Below, piece by piece: positions 28,084 to 37,656 of a stretch of 64,000 nucleotides of DNA (position 1 is its first letter; each line of letters opens with the position of its first letter). The DNA lies in assembly GCA_027050205.1 (NCBI GenBank), contig JALUCS010000093.1, forward strand, positions 31,282 to 95,281, read 5' to 3'. The notes below the pieces were generated by a model. That model saw only the letters and a list, made by a program, of their open reading frames with translations. It did no database searches and was not told the origin of the DNA. The position numbers and the translations under genes are program-made. The DNA comes from a candidate division WOR-3 bacterium (GTDB lineage Bacteria; Hydrothermota; Hydrothermia; LBFQ01).

Positions 28084-28660
28084 TTATCAGTCCTCCGGAT
28101 ATTAGGGCCTTCAGGGCGTCCTCTACGCTCATCTTGGCCTCCGACACCTTTCCCTTCCTGACCAGAAGGAGGAACCCCGTAGTGGGGTTGGGGGTGGAGG
28201 GTAGAAAGACCACGTACTCGTCTGTGGTCTCGTCCGTCACGAAGCCGAGCATCCTCTTCCCCTCCCCCACCTCTATCCACACAACCTTCCTGAAGGCCAC
28301 CTTCCGCGGTATGTTATAGACGGCGTTTATGGTGTCCTTGGCTATACGGTAGATGTGCTGGAGGACGGGGATGCTTAGGAAGATCTCGTCAAGGAAGCCG
28401 AATAGAGCCTTTCCGAGGTAGGTCGTGGCAAACCAACCTACGACGTATATGACGGCCAACATTATCAGGAGGGAGGGGACAAGGAGGACGACGTAGGGGA
28501 CGGGTTCCAACACTCTGGATAGGGGACGGGCCAGCCATCCGGCTATGAAGTTAGTAATGAAGACGACCACCCAGGCCGTCACGAACAGGGGGGCGAGAAC
28601 AACCACCCCTGCTATCAGCCTCTGGCGAAACCTCAACCGCCGTTCACCGCCCTCGTTCAT
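28046..28660 (-). CDS. DUF502-like membrane protein
   Basis: 204 aa, two N-terminal TM helices. Confidence 0.45.
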   Translation of the reverse strand: MNEGGERRLRFRQRLIAGVVVLAPLFVTAWVVVFITNFIAGWLARPLSRVLEPVPYVVLLVPSLLIMLAVIYVVGWFATTYLGKALFGFLDEIFLSIPVLQHIYRIAKDTINAVYNIPRKVAFRKVVWIEVGEGKRMLGFVTDETTDEYVVFLPSTPNPTTGFLLLVRKGKVSEAKMSVEDALKALISGGLINVFQEERSGRAA

Positions 28661-29130
28661 ACCAGTCTAACTTTGAACAGGGGCTGCCCGTACTCCACGG
28701 GGTGGGCGTTCTCCACGAGGACCTCCTCTATTATGCCGTCCACGTCGGACTTTATCTCGTTCATTATCTTCATCGCCTCTATTATGCACACCACGTCCCC
28801 CTTCCTCACCCTGTCCCCCTCCTTGACGAAAGGCTCCGCCCCCGGCGCCGGCGCCCTGTAGAAGGTCCCCACCATAGGCGCCCGTATGTAATGGACGTTC
28901 TCCTCCTTCTCGCTCGCCTCCTCCTTAGATCCCTCGGCTTTGGGAGGTTCCGGGGATGGAGGGGGAGGGGGCGTATAGGATGGCGCCGGAGCCTCGGCGT
29001 ACTTGGAGAGCTTCAGCTTGAAGTCCTTCGTGGATAGCTCCAACTTCGCTACGCCGCTCTCCTCAAACACCTTCACTATCTCCTTAAGGAGGTCCAGACT
29101 GAAGCCCCTGCCTTTCTTGGAATCGGCCAT
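28657..29130 (-). CDS. accB: biotin carboxyl carrier protein
   Basis: 157 aa; Pro/Ala-rich linker, biotinylation motif EAMKIMNEI. Confidence 0.85.
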   Translation of the reverse strand: MADSKKGRGFSLDLLKEIVKVFEESGVAKLELSTKDFKLKLSKYAEAPAPSYTPPPPPSPEPPKAEGSKEEASEKEENVHYIRAPMVGTFYRAPAPGAEPFVKEGDRVRKGDVVCIIEAMKIMNEIKSDVDGIIEEVLVENAHPVEYGQPLFKVRLV

Positions 29131-29131
29131 A

Positions 29132-29680
29132 TCAAGCCCTGCCTATGTACTCCCCCGTACGGGTATCCACCTTTACGACGTCTCCGGGGTTGATGAAGAG
29201 GGGGACCTTTATGACCTTTCCGGTCTCAAGGGTTGCGGGCTTGGAGCCTCCGCTCACGGTGTCCCCCCTTACGCCGGGAGGGGTATCTACGACCTCTAAC
29301 TCCACGACCGTGGGCAGCTCCACCGTAACGGGGCGGTTGTCGGCGTAGACTATCTGGACCTCAAGACCCTCCTTGAGGTAATGGACGGCCTCCCCCAGGT
29401 CCTCGGCCGAGAAGGTTATGTCCTCGTAGGTTTCGGCGTCAAGGAAGTGATAGAAGTCGCCGTCCCTGTAGGAGAATATGGCGGGCTTCCGCTCCACCAT
29501 CACGAACTCTATGCTGTCAAGGTCCCGGATGGTGAAGGTCTGCACCCTACCCGTGTTGAGGTCCTTGAGCTTGGCGGAGACGGTGGCACCTCCACGTCCC
29601 TTGTGGATGTGCTGAAAGTCCAAGACGATGTACTCCCTACCCTCGTACCTTATGACGGAGCCAACTCGCAGACTTGCCAT
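29132..29680 (-). CDS. efp: elongation factor P
   Basis: 182 aa; N-terminal KOW-like domain with KGRGGA loop. Confidence 0.9.
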   Translation of the reverse strand: MASLRVGSVIRYEGREYIVLDFQHIHKGRGGATVSAKLKDLNTGRVQTFTIRDLDSIEFVMVERKPAIFSYRDGDFYHFLDAETYEDITFSAEDLGEAVHYLKEGLEVQIVYADNRPVTVELPTVVELEVVDTPPGVRGDTVSGGSKPATLETGKVIKVPLFINPGDVVKVDTRTGEYIGRA

Positions 29681-29740
29681 TCTCCGGGAATTATACGGGA
29701 GGACACCCTACGTCGCCGTTCCCCTCTAAAATACGGGTGC

Positions 29741-32590
29741 GTGGAAAGGGTAGATAGGCTTTTCAGGATCCATCTGGCCATAACCTTCGGTTTGGTGGTC
29801 GGTACGGGAGTTTTGGTCTCCGCCGTCCTCCTCTGGAGGGGTTGGCCGTGGCTCGTACCCGCCCACATCATCCTATCGCTTGCCTTCCTCCTGTGGGTCA
29901 GGCCCTGGGACAAGAGGAGGTTCGTATGGTACCTTGAGGAGAGCAACCCCGCCCTACGGGAGAGGCTCGTATCCCTTTACGAGCTGGTGGAGAGGGGGGT
30001 ATCCCACCCCTCGGTGGAGAGGCTCCGGCGGGAGGTATCCTCCCAACCCTTCGGCTATCGCCCCAACTTCCGCCTCTTCCTGCCGTTTCTAATACCCTCC
30101 GCCCTGTTCCTCCTATCCGCCCTCGTTCCCTTCCCCCACAGGCCCCCTGTCATCTTCCGCCCGAAGGCCCTAAAGGTCCTCGCCGGGGACACCCTTAAGG
30201 TCTCCGGCCTCCGGGTGGGGGATACCCTCGTAGTCCGTATCGGCGAGGGAGGGGGAAGGGAGCGGTTTACCCTCGTCATCCGTGGTGAGACCAACAGGGA
30301 GGTACCCGTGGAGGGTACGGTCAGGCTGTACGACCTCCCTCCGGGTAGATACGTCCTAAGCGTCAAGGGGAGATCCGGTAAAGGAAATCTTGAGGTCCTA
30401 CCCCGTCCCGTCCTCTACGGTGTGGATGGCTACATCGTCCCCCCTCCCTACACCGGACTCGGAAAGCGTCCCCTTCAGAGGGAGAACGTAGCATACGAGT
30501 ACAGCACCTTTGACAGCCTCCGGATCCGGCACAGTGGGGACAGCGCCCACTTCGTCAATCTGCCGGATACCCTGAAGGAGGACGTTGAGGTCTTCGCAGA
30601 CGTCTTCCGGATGGGGGAGAGGTTCAGGTACCCCGCCTTCAAGGTCAGGGTGATAGAGGACAGGCCTCCGAGCGTAACCCTGCAGCCGACGGGGATACTG
30701 AAGACGGAGGGGGACGTACCGGGAGTGGTGGCGGCCTACGACGACATCGCCCTTAGGGACGTAGGCCTTTACGTGTATCAGGGGGGGAGGTGGGAGAGGA
30801 GTTCCCTCGGTCTCCGGGGCCGCACCCCCAACGCCTCGTACGACGTAACCTTCCGGGGAGGGGACACCCTTAAGGCCGTAGCCTACGCTGTGGACGTCGC
30901 CGGTCAGGTCTCCCTATCCGACACCCTCATACTTCTGCCCAAGGCACCGGAGGAGGTCCTTAAGGAGAAGCTCTTAACGGAGAAGGGGGAGGAGGTTAAG
31001 GAGCTTGAGAGGAGGCTGAAGGAACTGCAGGAGGACTTGGAGGTCTCCCAGAACCTATCGGAGGGGACGAAGAGGGAGATCTCCAGCGCCATAAAGGAGA
31101 CGGAGAGGACGTACAAGGACATAAAGGAGGCCCTTGACAGGATAGCCTCCCAGATAAGGGACCCGGACCTGGCCCGCCTCGTTATGGAGGTGCAGAGGCT
31201 GTTTCAGGAGAGTATGGACGAGGAGCTGGCCAAGGCCCTCCAAAAGCTCCAGGAGGCGATGCGGAAGATGGACCCCAAGGCCGTCGCCAAGGCCCTAAAG
31301 GACCTCCGCATGAACCAGAGGGAGTTGAGGGAGGAGCTGGAGAGGTTCAAGGCCCTCCTGAAAAGGTACGTACAGGAGAAGAGGCTCCGTGAAATGGCGG
31401 ATAGGCTCCAGGACCTCGCCACCAAGCAGGCGGAGATAGAGGGTAAGAGGTCCCCCTACGAGCAGGGGAAACTCCGCCGGGAGGTTGAGGATCTAAAGCG
31501 GAAGTTGGACAGTCTCAAGGAGGCCAAGGATATAAGTAAGGAGAACCTGAAGAGACTTGAGGAGCTGATGGACAAGGCGGAGAGGAGGATGGAGGCCGCA
31601 ATGAGGATGATGGAGAGCGGGGGGGACTTCCGGAGGGAGCAGAGGGAAGCCCGTAGGAACCTTGAGGAGGCCGCCCAGCTCGCCCAGAGGACGTACGAGG
31701 AGACGGTGGATAAAAGGAAGAGGGAGGTGGTGCAGACGCTTCAGGAGATAGGGGACGCCGCCGCCTTTATGGACATGCGTCTAGAGAGGGACCTAGGCGA
31801 GAAGACCCTTGAGGCGGGTAAGGCCGTATCCCTTGACATGGAGGCGAGGCTGAAGGAACTTTCCAAGAAGAGCGTCTTCGTATCCCCCAAGCTCTCCAAG
31901 ATAGCCCGTCTCGTACATAACGAGTTGGAGGCGGCTAGGCAGGAGCTGAAGAGCGGAGACAGGAAGGGGGCGGAGGCCCACGTAAAGCAGGCCCAGGCCC
32001 TCCTACGGACCCTCTCCCTTATGACTTCCTCCTCCGCCCAGGCCTGCCAGAACGCCGGGGGTTCAACGGGTATGGAGGCCTATATGAGACAGCTCGCCCG
32101 GATGGCGGGGGAACAGAACAGCATATCCCAACAGCTCGGTAAGGGGATGACCTCCGAGCAGCTCGCCGAGATGCTCGCCCGCCAGATGGCCCTCCGCAAG
32201 GCCCTTGAGGGGTTGATAGAGGGGATGAGGAGCAGGGGCGCCCCCTCCGACGCCCTCAACCGAATGGAGGAGGCCCTAAGGGAGATGAAGGAGCTGGAGA
32301 GGCAGATGAGGTCGCCCGACGCCCTCAAGAGGGCGGAGGAGCTGAAGAGGAGGGCGCATCGCATCACCATACGCCTCCTTGAGGCCCGCAAGGCCCTCCG
32401 ACGCCAGAGGACGGAACCGAAGTACGAGGCCCAGAGGCCCAAGCCCTTCAAGGTTGAGAGGGCGCACATCAAACCCGTCATAGACAGGGAGAGGATCGTA
32501 GAGATATACCGGAGGTACCTGCGGGAGGGTAAGCTCTCCCCGGAGGAGAGGAGGCTCTACGAGAGGTACATAAGGGGGATATTAGAGTAG
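29741..32590 (+). CDS. large membrane-anchored coiled-coil protein (N-terminal double-TM, beta-rich ectodomain, roughly 600-aa K/E/R-rich coiled coil), unknown function
   Basis: ORF-track ORF 29381-32590 overlaps efp antisense; first in-frame start after efp is GTG at 29741; two TM helices at N-terminus. Confidence 0.5.
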   Translation: MERVDRLFRIHLAITFGLVVGTGVLVSAVLLWRGWPWLVPAHIILSLAFLLWVRPWDKRRFVWYLEESNPALRERLVSLYELVERGVSHPSVERLRREVSSQPFGYRPNFRLFLPFLIPSALFLLSALVPFPHRPPVIFRPKALKVLAGDTLKVSGLRVGDTLVVRIGEGGGRERFTLVIRGETNREVPVEGTVRLYDLPPGRYVLSVKGRSGKGNLEVLPRPVLYGVDGYIVPPPYTGLGKRPLQRENVAYEYSTFDSLRIRHSGDSAHFVNLPDTLKEDVEVFADVFRMGERFRYPAFKVRVIEDRPPSVTLQPTGILKTEGDVPGVVAAYDDIALRDVGLYVYQGGRWERSSLGLRGRTPNASYDVTFRGGDTLKAVAYAVDVAGQVSLSDTLILLPKAPEEVLKEKLLTEKGEEVKELERRLKELQEDLEVSQNLSEGTKREISSAIKETERTYKDIKEALDRIASQIRDPDLARLVMEVQRLFQESMDEELAKALQKLQEAMRKMDPKAVAKALKDLRMNQRELREELERFKALLKRYVQEKRLREMADRLQDLATKQAEIEGKRSPYEQGKLRREVEDLKRKLDSLKEAKDISKENLKRLEELMDKAERRMEAAMRMMESGGDFRREQREARRNLEEAAQLAQRTYEETVDKRKREVVQTLQEIGDAAAFMDMRLERDLGEKTLEAGKAVSLDMEARLKELSKKSVFVSPKLSKIARLVHNELEAARQELKSGDRKGAEAHVKQAQALLRTLSLMTSSSAQACQNAGGSTGMEAYMRQLARMAGEQNSISQQLGKGMTSEQLAEMLARQMALRKALEGLIEGMRSRGAPSDALNRMEEALREMKELERQMRSPDALKRAEELKRRAHRITIRLLEARKALRRQRTEPKYEAQRPKPFKVERAHIKPVIDRERIVEIYRRYLREGKLSPEERRLYERYIRGILE

Positions 32591-33589
32591 GTGGAGCAGG
32601 ACCTCCCGGAGGGCGAGAAAGGGGGAGCCTCCGCCGGAGGCTTCCATCTGGATGGAGAGGAATAGGTAGAGGGCGTAGAGGGAGAGGAAGACCATCCCCC
32701 TCCTCCTGCCGAGGAGTTTCCCTCCGCCGGTTAGGGCGAAGAGGAGGAAGAGAAAAGTAGCAAACAGGAGGAAGAGGACGTCAAAGACCGCCCTCCTTGG
32801 CAGTGAGATGGGGTTTATGAGGGCGCTAAGGCCGAGGATCATAGCAACGTTGAAGATGTTGGAGCCGGAGACGTTGCCGAGGGCTATGTAGGGGTTGCCT
32901 CTAAGGGCGGCGAGGGTGGAGGTGACCAACTCCGGCAGGGAGGTGCCAACGGCCAGGACGAATAGGCCGACGAAGACCTCGCTTATGCCGAGATGATGGG
33001 CGAAGGAAACCGCCCCGTCCAAGGCCCACTCCGATCCGAAGGCCAGGGCTACGCTGCCCCCGAACACCCTCAAGAGGGCCTTGGGAACCGTACCGTCTAC
33101 ACCCTCTACCTCCATCCCCTCCCCCTTGGAGCGGAAGATGGTGAGATAAAGGTAAATAGCGAAGAACAGGAGTAGGATGAGGCCCTCCGTACGGGATATG
33201 AGCAGACCACCGGAGCTTGGGAGGAGTACGAGGGTGACCAGGAGGAGGACGAGTAGGAGGTTGGCGGGAAGTTCCCTCTTTAGGATGAGGGCGTGGCTCT
33301 TTAAGGGGGAGACGAGGGCGGTTATACCGAGGATCAGGAGGATGTTGGCGACGTTGGAGCCGACTATGTTTCCTACCGTTATCCCCGCCTCCCCCCTAAA
33401 ACTGGCCAGAACGTTTATTACCAGCTCCGGCAGTGAGGTACCGAAGGCCACCACCGTGAGACCCACCAACAACTCCGGCACCCTCAACCTCCGCGACAGG
33501 AAAACCGCACCGTCCAAGAGGTGATCCGCCCCCTTTATCACCACCGCCAACCCCACGACCACCAAGAGGACGTCCTTCACCACCCCCAT
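32582..33589 (-). CDS. Ca2+/Na+ antiporter (CaCA family, YrbG-like)
   Basis: 335 aa; duplicated alpha-repeat motifs GTSLPELV and GNIVGSNVANILLILG. Confidence 0.8.
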   Translation of the reverse strand: MGVVKDVLLVVVGLAVVIKGADHLLDGAVFLSRRLRVPELLVGLTVVAFGTSLPELVINVLASFRGEAGITVGNIVGSNVANILLILGITALVSPLKSHALILKRELPANLLLVLLLVTLVLLPSSGGLLISRTEGLILLLFFAIYLYLTIFRSKGEGMEVEGVDGTVPKALLRVFGGSVALAFGSEWALDGAVSFAHHLGISEVFVGLFVLAVGTSLPELVTSTLAALRGNPYIALGNVSGSNIFNVAMILGLSALINPISLPRRAVFDVLFLLFATFLFLLFALTGGGKLLGRRRGMVFLSLYALYLFLSIQMEASGGGSPFLALREVLLHLL

Positions 33590-33629
33590 ACCAAAAGTGT
33601 AAATTCTAAATCCGAACGCCCCGGTGCGG

Positions 33630-35693
33630 CTACCTCACCACGACCTTGAGGAGCCTACCTCCCGCCCTTACGAAGTAGACCCCCGGACGCTTCAGGGTGT
33701 AGGAGTCCTTGAAGCGGGCCACCAACCTACCGGATGCATCGTAGAGGACGGCGGAGCCTTCCACCTCAACCGTACGGCCCACAACCCTAACCGAAGAAGG
33801 GGGAGTGGAGGGGCGGGCCTCGGCTACCGACGTCATCTCACCGCACGTGTGGCCCGTGGCCACCTTCAGGAGGGTGTTGTTCCGGTCGTTGAGACTTACG
33901 AAGAGGAAGATGGGATCGTCGGGGGAGGTGCATTCCGGCCATACGTCCATACCCACGACGAGGGGGAGGGAGTCGGCCTCTAAGAGGGTCCCACCGTAGG
34001 AAACCCTGAATATCTGGCTGACGTGCATTCCCCCGTAATACACCTCGTTGAGGGGCTTGAAGACGGAGATGTCTAGGAGCGTCCCCCCGGAGGCGTTGGG
34101 GAAGGTGCCGACCGTGTCTTTGGCGGCTACGTCTATCTTGTAGATGGAGTTGGACCCCTGTCCGTAAACTCCCCAGAGCAGCCCCGTGGATGCGTCCCAG
34201 TCCATACCGGCCATGTAGCCGCCGCTCTCAACGTTGGACCATACGTCAAGACTGTCTACGAGGTTGCCGTTGCTGTCGTAGTATCCTATCACGCTCCCCG
34301 TGATGGAGGAGCCATCGTATCCGAAGTGGGAGACGTAGAAGCGGCCGTTCCCGTAGGCTATGCCCCAAGCGTAGTCGTCCCCGCCGAAGAAGGGATGGAG
34401 GCCCAGAGAGGACAGGTCCAAGGTGCCTGACGGGTCGTCGGGGTCAAAGGTCAAGACACCCCTCGGATTGAGGGAGACGACGTAGAAGTTGCCACTGTCC
34501 GGGACGTAGGTCATACCGGCGAAGCTGTATCCGCTCCCATCCCCTATATCGGGGAACTGCCACCTCCTTACCACCTCTCCGAAGAGGTAAACGGTGCGCA
34601 CATAGGTTGAGGCCGTATCGTTGTAATGCACCGTATCCGCCGGCTCTACAGCCATTACCTCCACCCTATAGACCTTACTTGGCGAAGGGGTGAAGGGGTC
34701 AAAGGTCACCTCAACGGTGGAGGTCTCCGGTATGGCTACAGTCTGGGTATCGCTGAAGGCCAGGGTTGAGGAGGAGGTGTCGTAGACGTTCAGGATCACT
34801 GCCGTGGAGGTCGTGGGGACGAGTCCGCCGTTTTCCACCGTCGCCCTAAAGGATATGGGGGCAACATCTATGGGACCCGAAGGGGAGACCTCCAAGGCCC
34901 CTACGTTGTAGTCTATGGGGACGGGGTAGTAGAACATAATAACGGTACCGCTGTCGGGGATGTGGGAAGACGGGTTCCCGTTATAGACGTACTCCATATA
35001 GTAATCGTTGAGGGTGTCGGCTCCGGAGTTCTGGATACCTACGGTGGCGTCCCCGTAATCTACGGCGGAGTTGTACTGGAGCTTTATGTTCCCGTTGTCG
35101 TAGAGGATCACCTCAAAGTTCATCAACAGGCTCCCTCCAAACCTCGGTACGTTGTGCCACTCAACTACGGCGCAGGCTCCGGAGTACCCGTCGGGACAGG
35201 AGGAGAAGGACTGGAAGTATATGTCGTCAGCCCCAGAGCCGTTGGGGTTGAGGTCGTTCCACAGGGCAGCGATGAAACCGGCAGACGTGGAGGTGTAGGG
35301 TAGGGCGTAGTTGGAAAAGCCAAGGTATGTGCTTAAGTCCCGCAGGATCACGGTTCCGTTGGAACATATGGAAATGGAGTCCGTTACCCCATCGTAGAAG
35401 GGGAAGGAGAAGCCGAGGTAGTAGAGTCTTGAAGCCGAGTACCCCGAACACCAGTCGTCGGTAGCCCCCGTAGGGGTACCGGTGGTTGAGATCTCTATCC
35501 AGTTCATCACTACGGAGTCTCCGTCCTGCGTGGACCTGTACCTGTAGCCGTACCCGTCCGGTCCGCCTGCGAGGGGTGTTATCCCTGCAAAGATAACGTT
35601 TAGCATGACCCAGAATTTTAAACCGGATGTCGGAACTTTTGGCCGGGTGTAGCGGCTGTAAAATTTTCTCTCTATGAGTGTAGTTGTGGGCAT
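33630..35693 (-). CDS. secreted Gly/Ser/Thr/Tyr-rich protein with T9SS-type C-terminal sorting domain
   Basis: 687 aa; C-terminal about 80 aa (SAVLYDASGRLVARF..GVYFVRAGGRLLKVVVR) fits the Por-secretion CTD pattern; alternative start at 35606. Confidence 0.6.
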   Translation of the reverse strand: MPTTTLIERKFYSRYTRPKVPTSGLKFWVMLNVIFAGITPLAGGPDGYGYRYRSTQDGDSVVMNWIEISTTGTPTGATDDWCSGYSASRLYYLGFSFPFYDGVTDSISICSNGTVILRDLSTYLGFSNYALPYTSTSAGFIAALWNDLNPNGSGADDIYFQSFSSCPDGYSGACAVVEWHNVPRFGGSLLMNFEVILYDNGNIKLQYNSAVDYGDATVGIQNSGADTLNDYYMEYVYNGNPSSHIPDSGTVIMFYYPVPIDYNVGALEVSPSGPIDVAPISFRATVENGGLVPTTSTAVILNVYDTSSSTLAFSDTQTVAIPETSTVEVTFDPFTPSPSKVYRVEVMAVEPADTVHYNDTASTYVRTVYLFGEVVRRWQFPDIGDGSGYSFAGMTYVPDSGNFYVVSLNPRGVLTFDPDDPSGTLDLSSLGLHPFFGGDDYAWGIAYGNGRFYVSHFGYDGSSITGSVIGYYDSNGNLVDSLDVWSNVESGGYMAGMDWDASTGLLWGVYGQGSNSIYKIDVAAKDTVGTFPNASGGTLLDISVFKPLNEVYYGGMHVSQIFRVSYGGTLLEADSLPLVVGMDVWPECTSPDDPIFLFVSLNDRNNTLLKVATGHTCGEMTSVAEARPSTPPSSVRVVGRTVEVEGSAVLYDASGRLVARFKDSYTLKRPGVYFVRAGGRLLKVVVR

Positions 35694-36192
35694 AGCTCTA
35701 TTTACCTTTCTAGGGATGGTCCTCTACGTCGCCGGTACGGTCGCTGGCATCGTACTCCCCGTACTCTCCGACCTCCCCGAGTACAGCAGCAGCGACTACT
35801 CCTGCAATGAGGTAGATACGGTCGTTGTGGATACGGAGGCGAAGAGGATAAAACTGACCGACAGGTGCTACTACGTTAAGGTCGACGCCCCGGTAGGGAG
35901 GATGAACGTATCCGTCGGGACGGTGGAGGTGGGCAGTGAGGTGGGCCATCTGGAGATATACGTAGGGAACGTAATAAACAGGGGACGCATAGACACGCTG
36001 CGTTTGAGCGTGGGAGACGTAAAAAACGAGGGGAATATCGGGTTCCTAAAGGTTAGCATAGGGGACGTGGATAACGGGGGGACCTTAGGCTCCGTAGAGG
36101 TCGGGATAGGGGACGTCCGAGGGAACGGGAAGATAAAAGGAGAGGTCTCCATCGGGATAGGGGATCTGGAGCGGGCCGAAGGACAGGATTAG
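35674..36192 (+). CDS. membrane-anchored beta-helix repeat protein (DUF4097/bactofilin-like repeats)
   Basis: 172 aa; N-terminal TM helix, then repeats VSVGTV-EVGSEVG-..SIGDVDNGG..GIGDVRGNG.. Confidence 0.5.
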   Translation: MSVVVGIALFTFLGMVLYVAGTVAGIVLPVLSDLPEYSSSDYSCNEVDTVVVDTEAKRIKLTDRCYYVKVDAPVGRMNVSVGTVEVGSEVGHLEIYVGNVINRGRIDTLRLSVGDVKNEGNIGFLKVSIGDVDNGGTLGSVEVGIGDVRGNGKIKGEVSIGIGDLERAEGQD

Positions 36193-36202
36193 AATACCAA
36201 CT

Positions 36203-36511
36203 ATGAAGGACGTAGATGCCAAGCAGTTCTGGGAGGAGGTAAAGGATGGGACGGTGGTAGTAGACCTTTGGGCGGACTGGTGCCGTCCCTGCAAGGCGAT
36301 AGAGCCTTACCTCTACGAGCTTGCCAAGGTCTATACGGACGTTAAGTTCATCCGCTTGAACACGGACGAGAATCCGGAGGTTCCGATGGAGTTGGGGGTC
36401 GTGAGCATCCCGACTATCCTCTTCTTCAAGGACGGCAAGGAGGTGAAGCGGATAGTTGGAGCCAAGCCCAAGCACGTGTATAAGAAGGCGTTGGAGGAGG
36501 TGAGGGGATAG
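36203..36511 (+). CDS. trxA: thioredoxin
   Basis: 102 aa; WADWCRPCK active site. Confidence 0.85.
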   Translation: MKDVDAKQFWEEVKDGTVVVDLWADWCRPCKAIEPYLYELAKVYTDVKFIRLNTDENPEVPMELGVVSIPTILFFKDGKEVKRIVGAKPKHVYKKALEEVRG

Positions 36512-36650
36512 GCCGTCGGAGGTTGGTATTTGGCTGATAGGGAGATGTATTCCCCAATGTAAGGAGTTTTTCGTACTGCATATGCCAGAACGATTTCCGT
36601 TTAAAGGTGGGGCGTATTACTTGATGCGGTCCAAGATTTGGGGATTCTAC

Positions 36651-36688
36651 TAATAGAATGGCGATTGCCCCGCAGTCTCATCAAACGG
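36651..36688 (+). repeat. 38-nt conserved motif copy V2 (taatagaatggcgattgccccgcagtctcatcaaacgg)
   Basis: about 84% identical to 5326-5364; lies at the left edge of the low-GC islet. Confidence 0.6.
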
Positions 36689-36933
36689 GAAAATAAAGGA
36701 ATTTTGGAATTCTTCGGAGATATTTGCAGAATTTTAGGCAACTTAATAGCAATAACCGCATATTTTCACAAATTTACGAGGCATTTCCATATCTTATACA
36801 TTTTTCCTGATGACTCAAAAATTCAGAAGTTCTACGAGACTATGCGGACGGTGGATTACCCCCTCTATCGGCTTAATACCGGTGGGCCATCTCCCAGCAG
36901 TGTAATCCACATTTGAAGACAATTCCTGATCGC

Positions 36934-37554
36934 TTACCTCCCCTTTTTCCCGTACTTGTAGTAATAGTACGTATCCCTGTAGGGATGTGAGGGGTCCTCT
37001 TCCAAGGCGTCCTTGAGATCGGAGAAGGGTGAGGGTGTCGTGGTGAAGATGTCCAACGTTCTTTCCCTATCATCGCCGTAGAAGAGGTAGTAGGAGTGTT
37101 TGTATATCTTCCGCCCATCTATCTCATCAACAACGGCCGACTTTATGTAGAATATCTGGGAGAGGTTTATGTGGAGAATGTTTCCATCCAACAGCTCCGC
37201 CTTTATCCACCCTTTCCTTTTCATCGCTTCAACCTCCTCCTTTGTTGGGTGTTTTATTGGGGATATACGACCACTTTTTGTAAATTTTTCGTACTTTTCC
37301 CTATAATCCTCAAAATAATGAATCTTCACTTCAGCGTTGTTCATGTCGTAAAGCGGGTACGGGCATACCGTCATAACCTCTACGAAGTACATATCAATGA
37401 AATACGAGTGGTAGGGGTAGTATCTGTGTTTCCACACGTTTAGATCGCCGATTTTACCAATCACAAACGAATCCACATAGACGATCGTATTGAGGCCTAT
37501 ATATGAAACCTCTCCATCAATTCCTCTTATCTCTATCAGGTCCTCGCCCTTCAC
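36934..37554 (-). CDS. orphan Tyr-rich hypothetical protein inside a low-GC islet
   Basis: 206 aa; local GC roughly 43-45% versus about 60% flanks; no recognisable family; composition (Y, K, I, D) unlike neighbours. Confidence 0.4.
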   Translation of the reverse strand: MKGEDLIEIRGIDGEVSYIGLNTIVYVDSFVIGKIGDLNVWKHRYYPYHSYFIDMYFVEVMTVCPYPLYDMNNAEVKIHYFEDYREKYEKFTKSGRISPIKHPTKEEVEAMKRKGWIKAELLDGNILHINLSQIFYIKSAVVDEIDGRKIYKHSYYLFYGDDRERTLDIFTTTPSPFSDLKDALEEDPSHPYRDTYYYYKYGKKGR

Positions 37555-37656
37555 GTCCTCTATTTTAAGGGTGCCATCGCAACGGGGCCGTAGCCGCCCA
37601 CCGAATCCTCGTTGAGCCTACCCAACCGGTACGATCCGACAGTAGAATAGACGACT

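Noticed and set aside
29381-29740. 5-prime 360 nt of the ORF-track ORF 29381-32590 (MDGLPQVLGREG…)
   Set aside because: Lies entirely antisense to the well-supported efp gene; the protein segment is low-complexity G/V/L-rich, typical of antisense readthrough in GC-rich DNA. The real gene most likely starts at the GTG at 29741.
36638-36916. 92-aa plus-strand ORF in the low-GC islet
   Set aside because: Overlaps the conserved V2 DNA motif, has no start context or SD, and has odd composition; more likely non-coding spacer of the islet.
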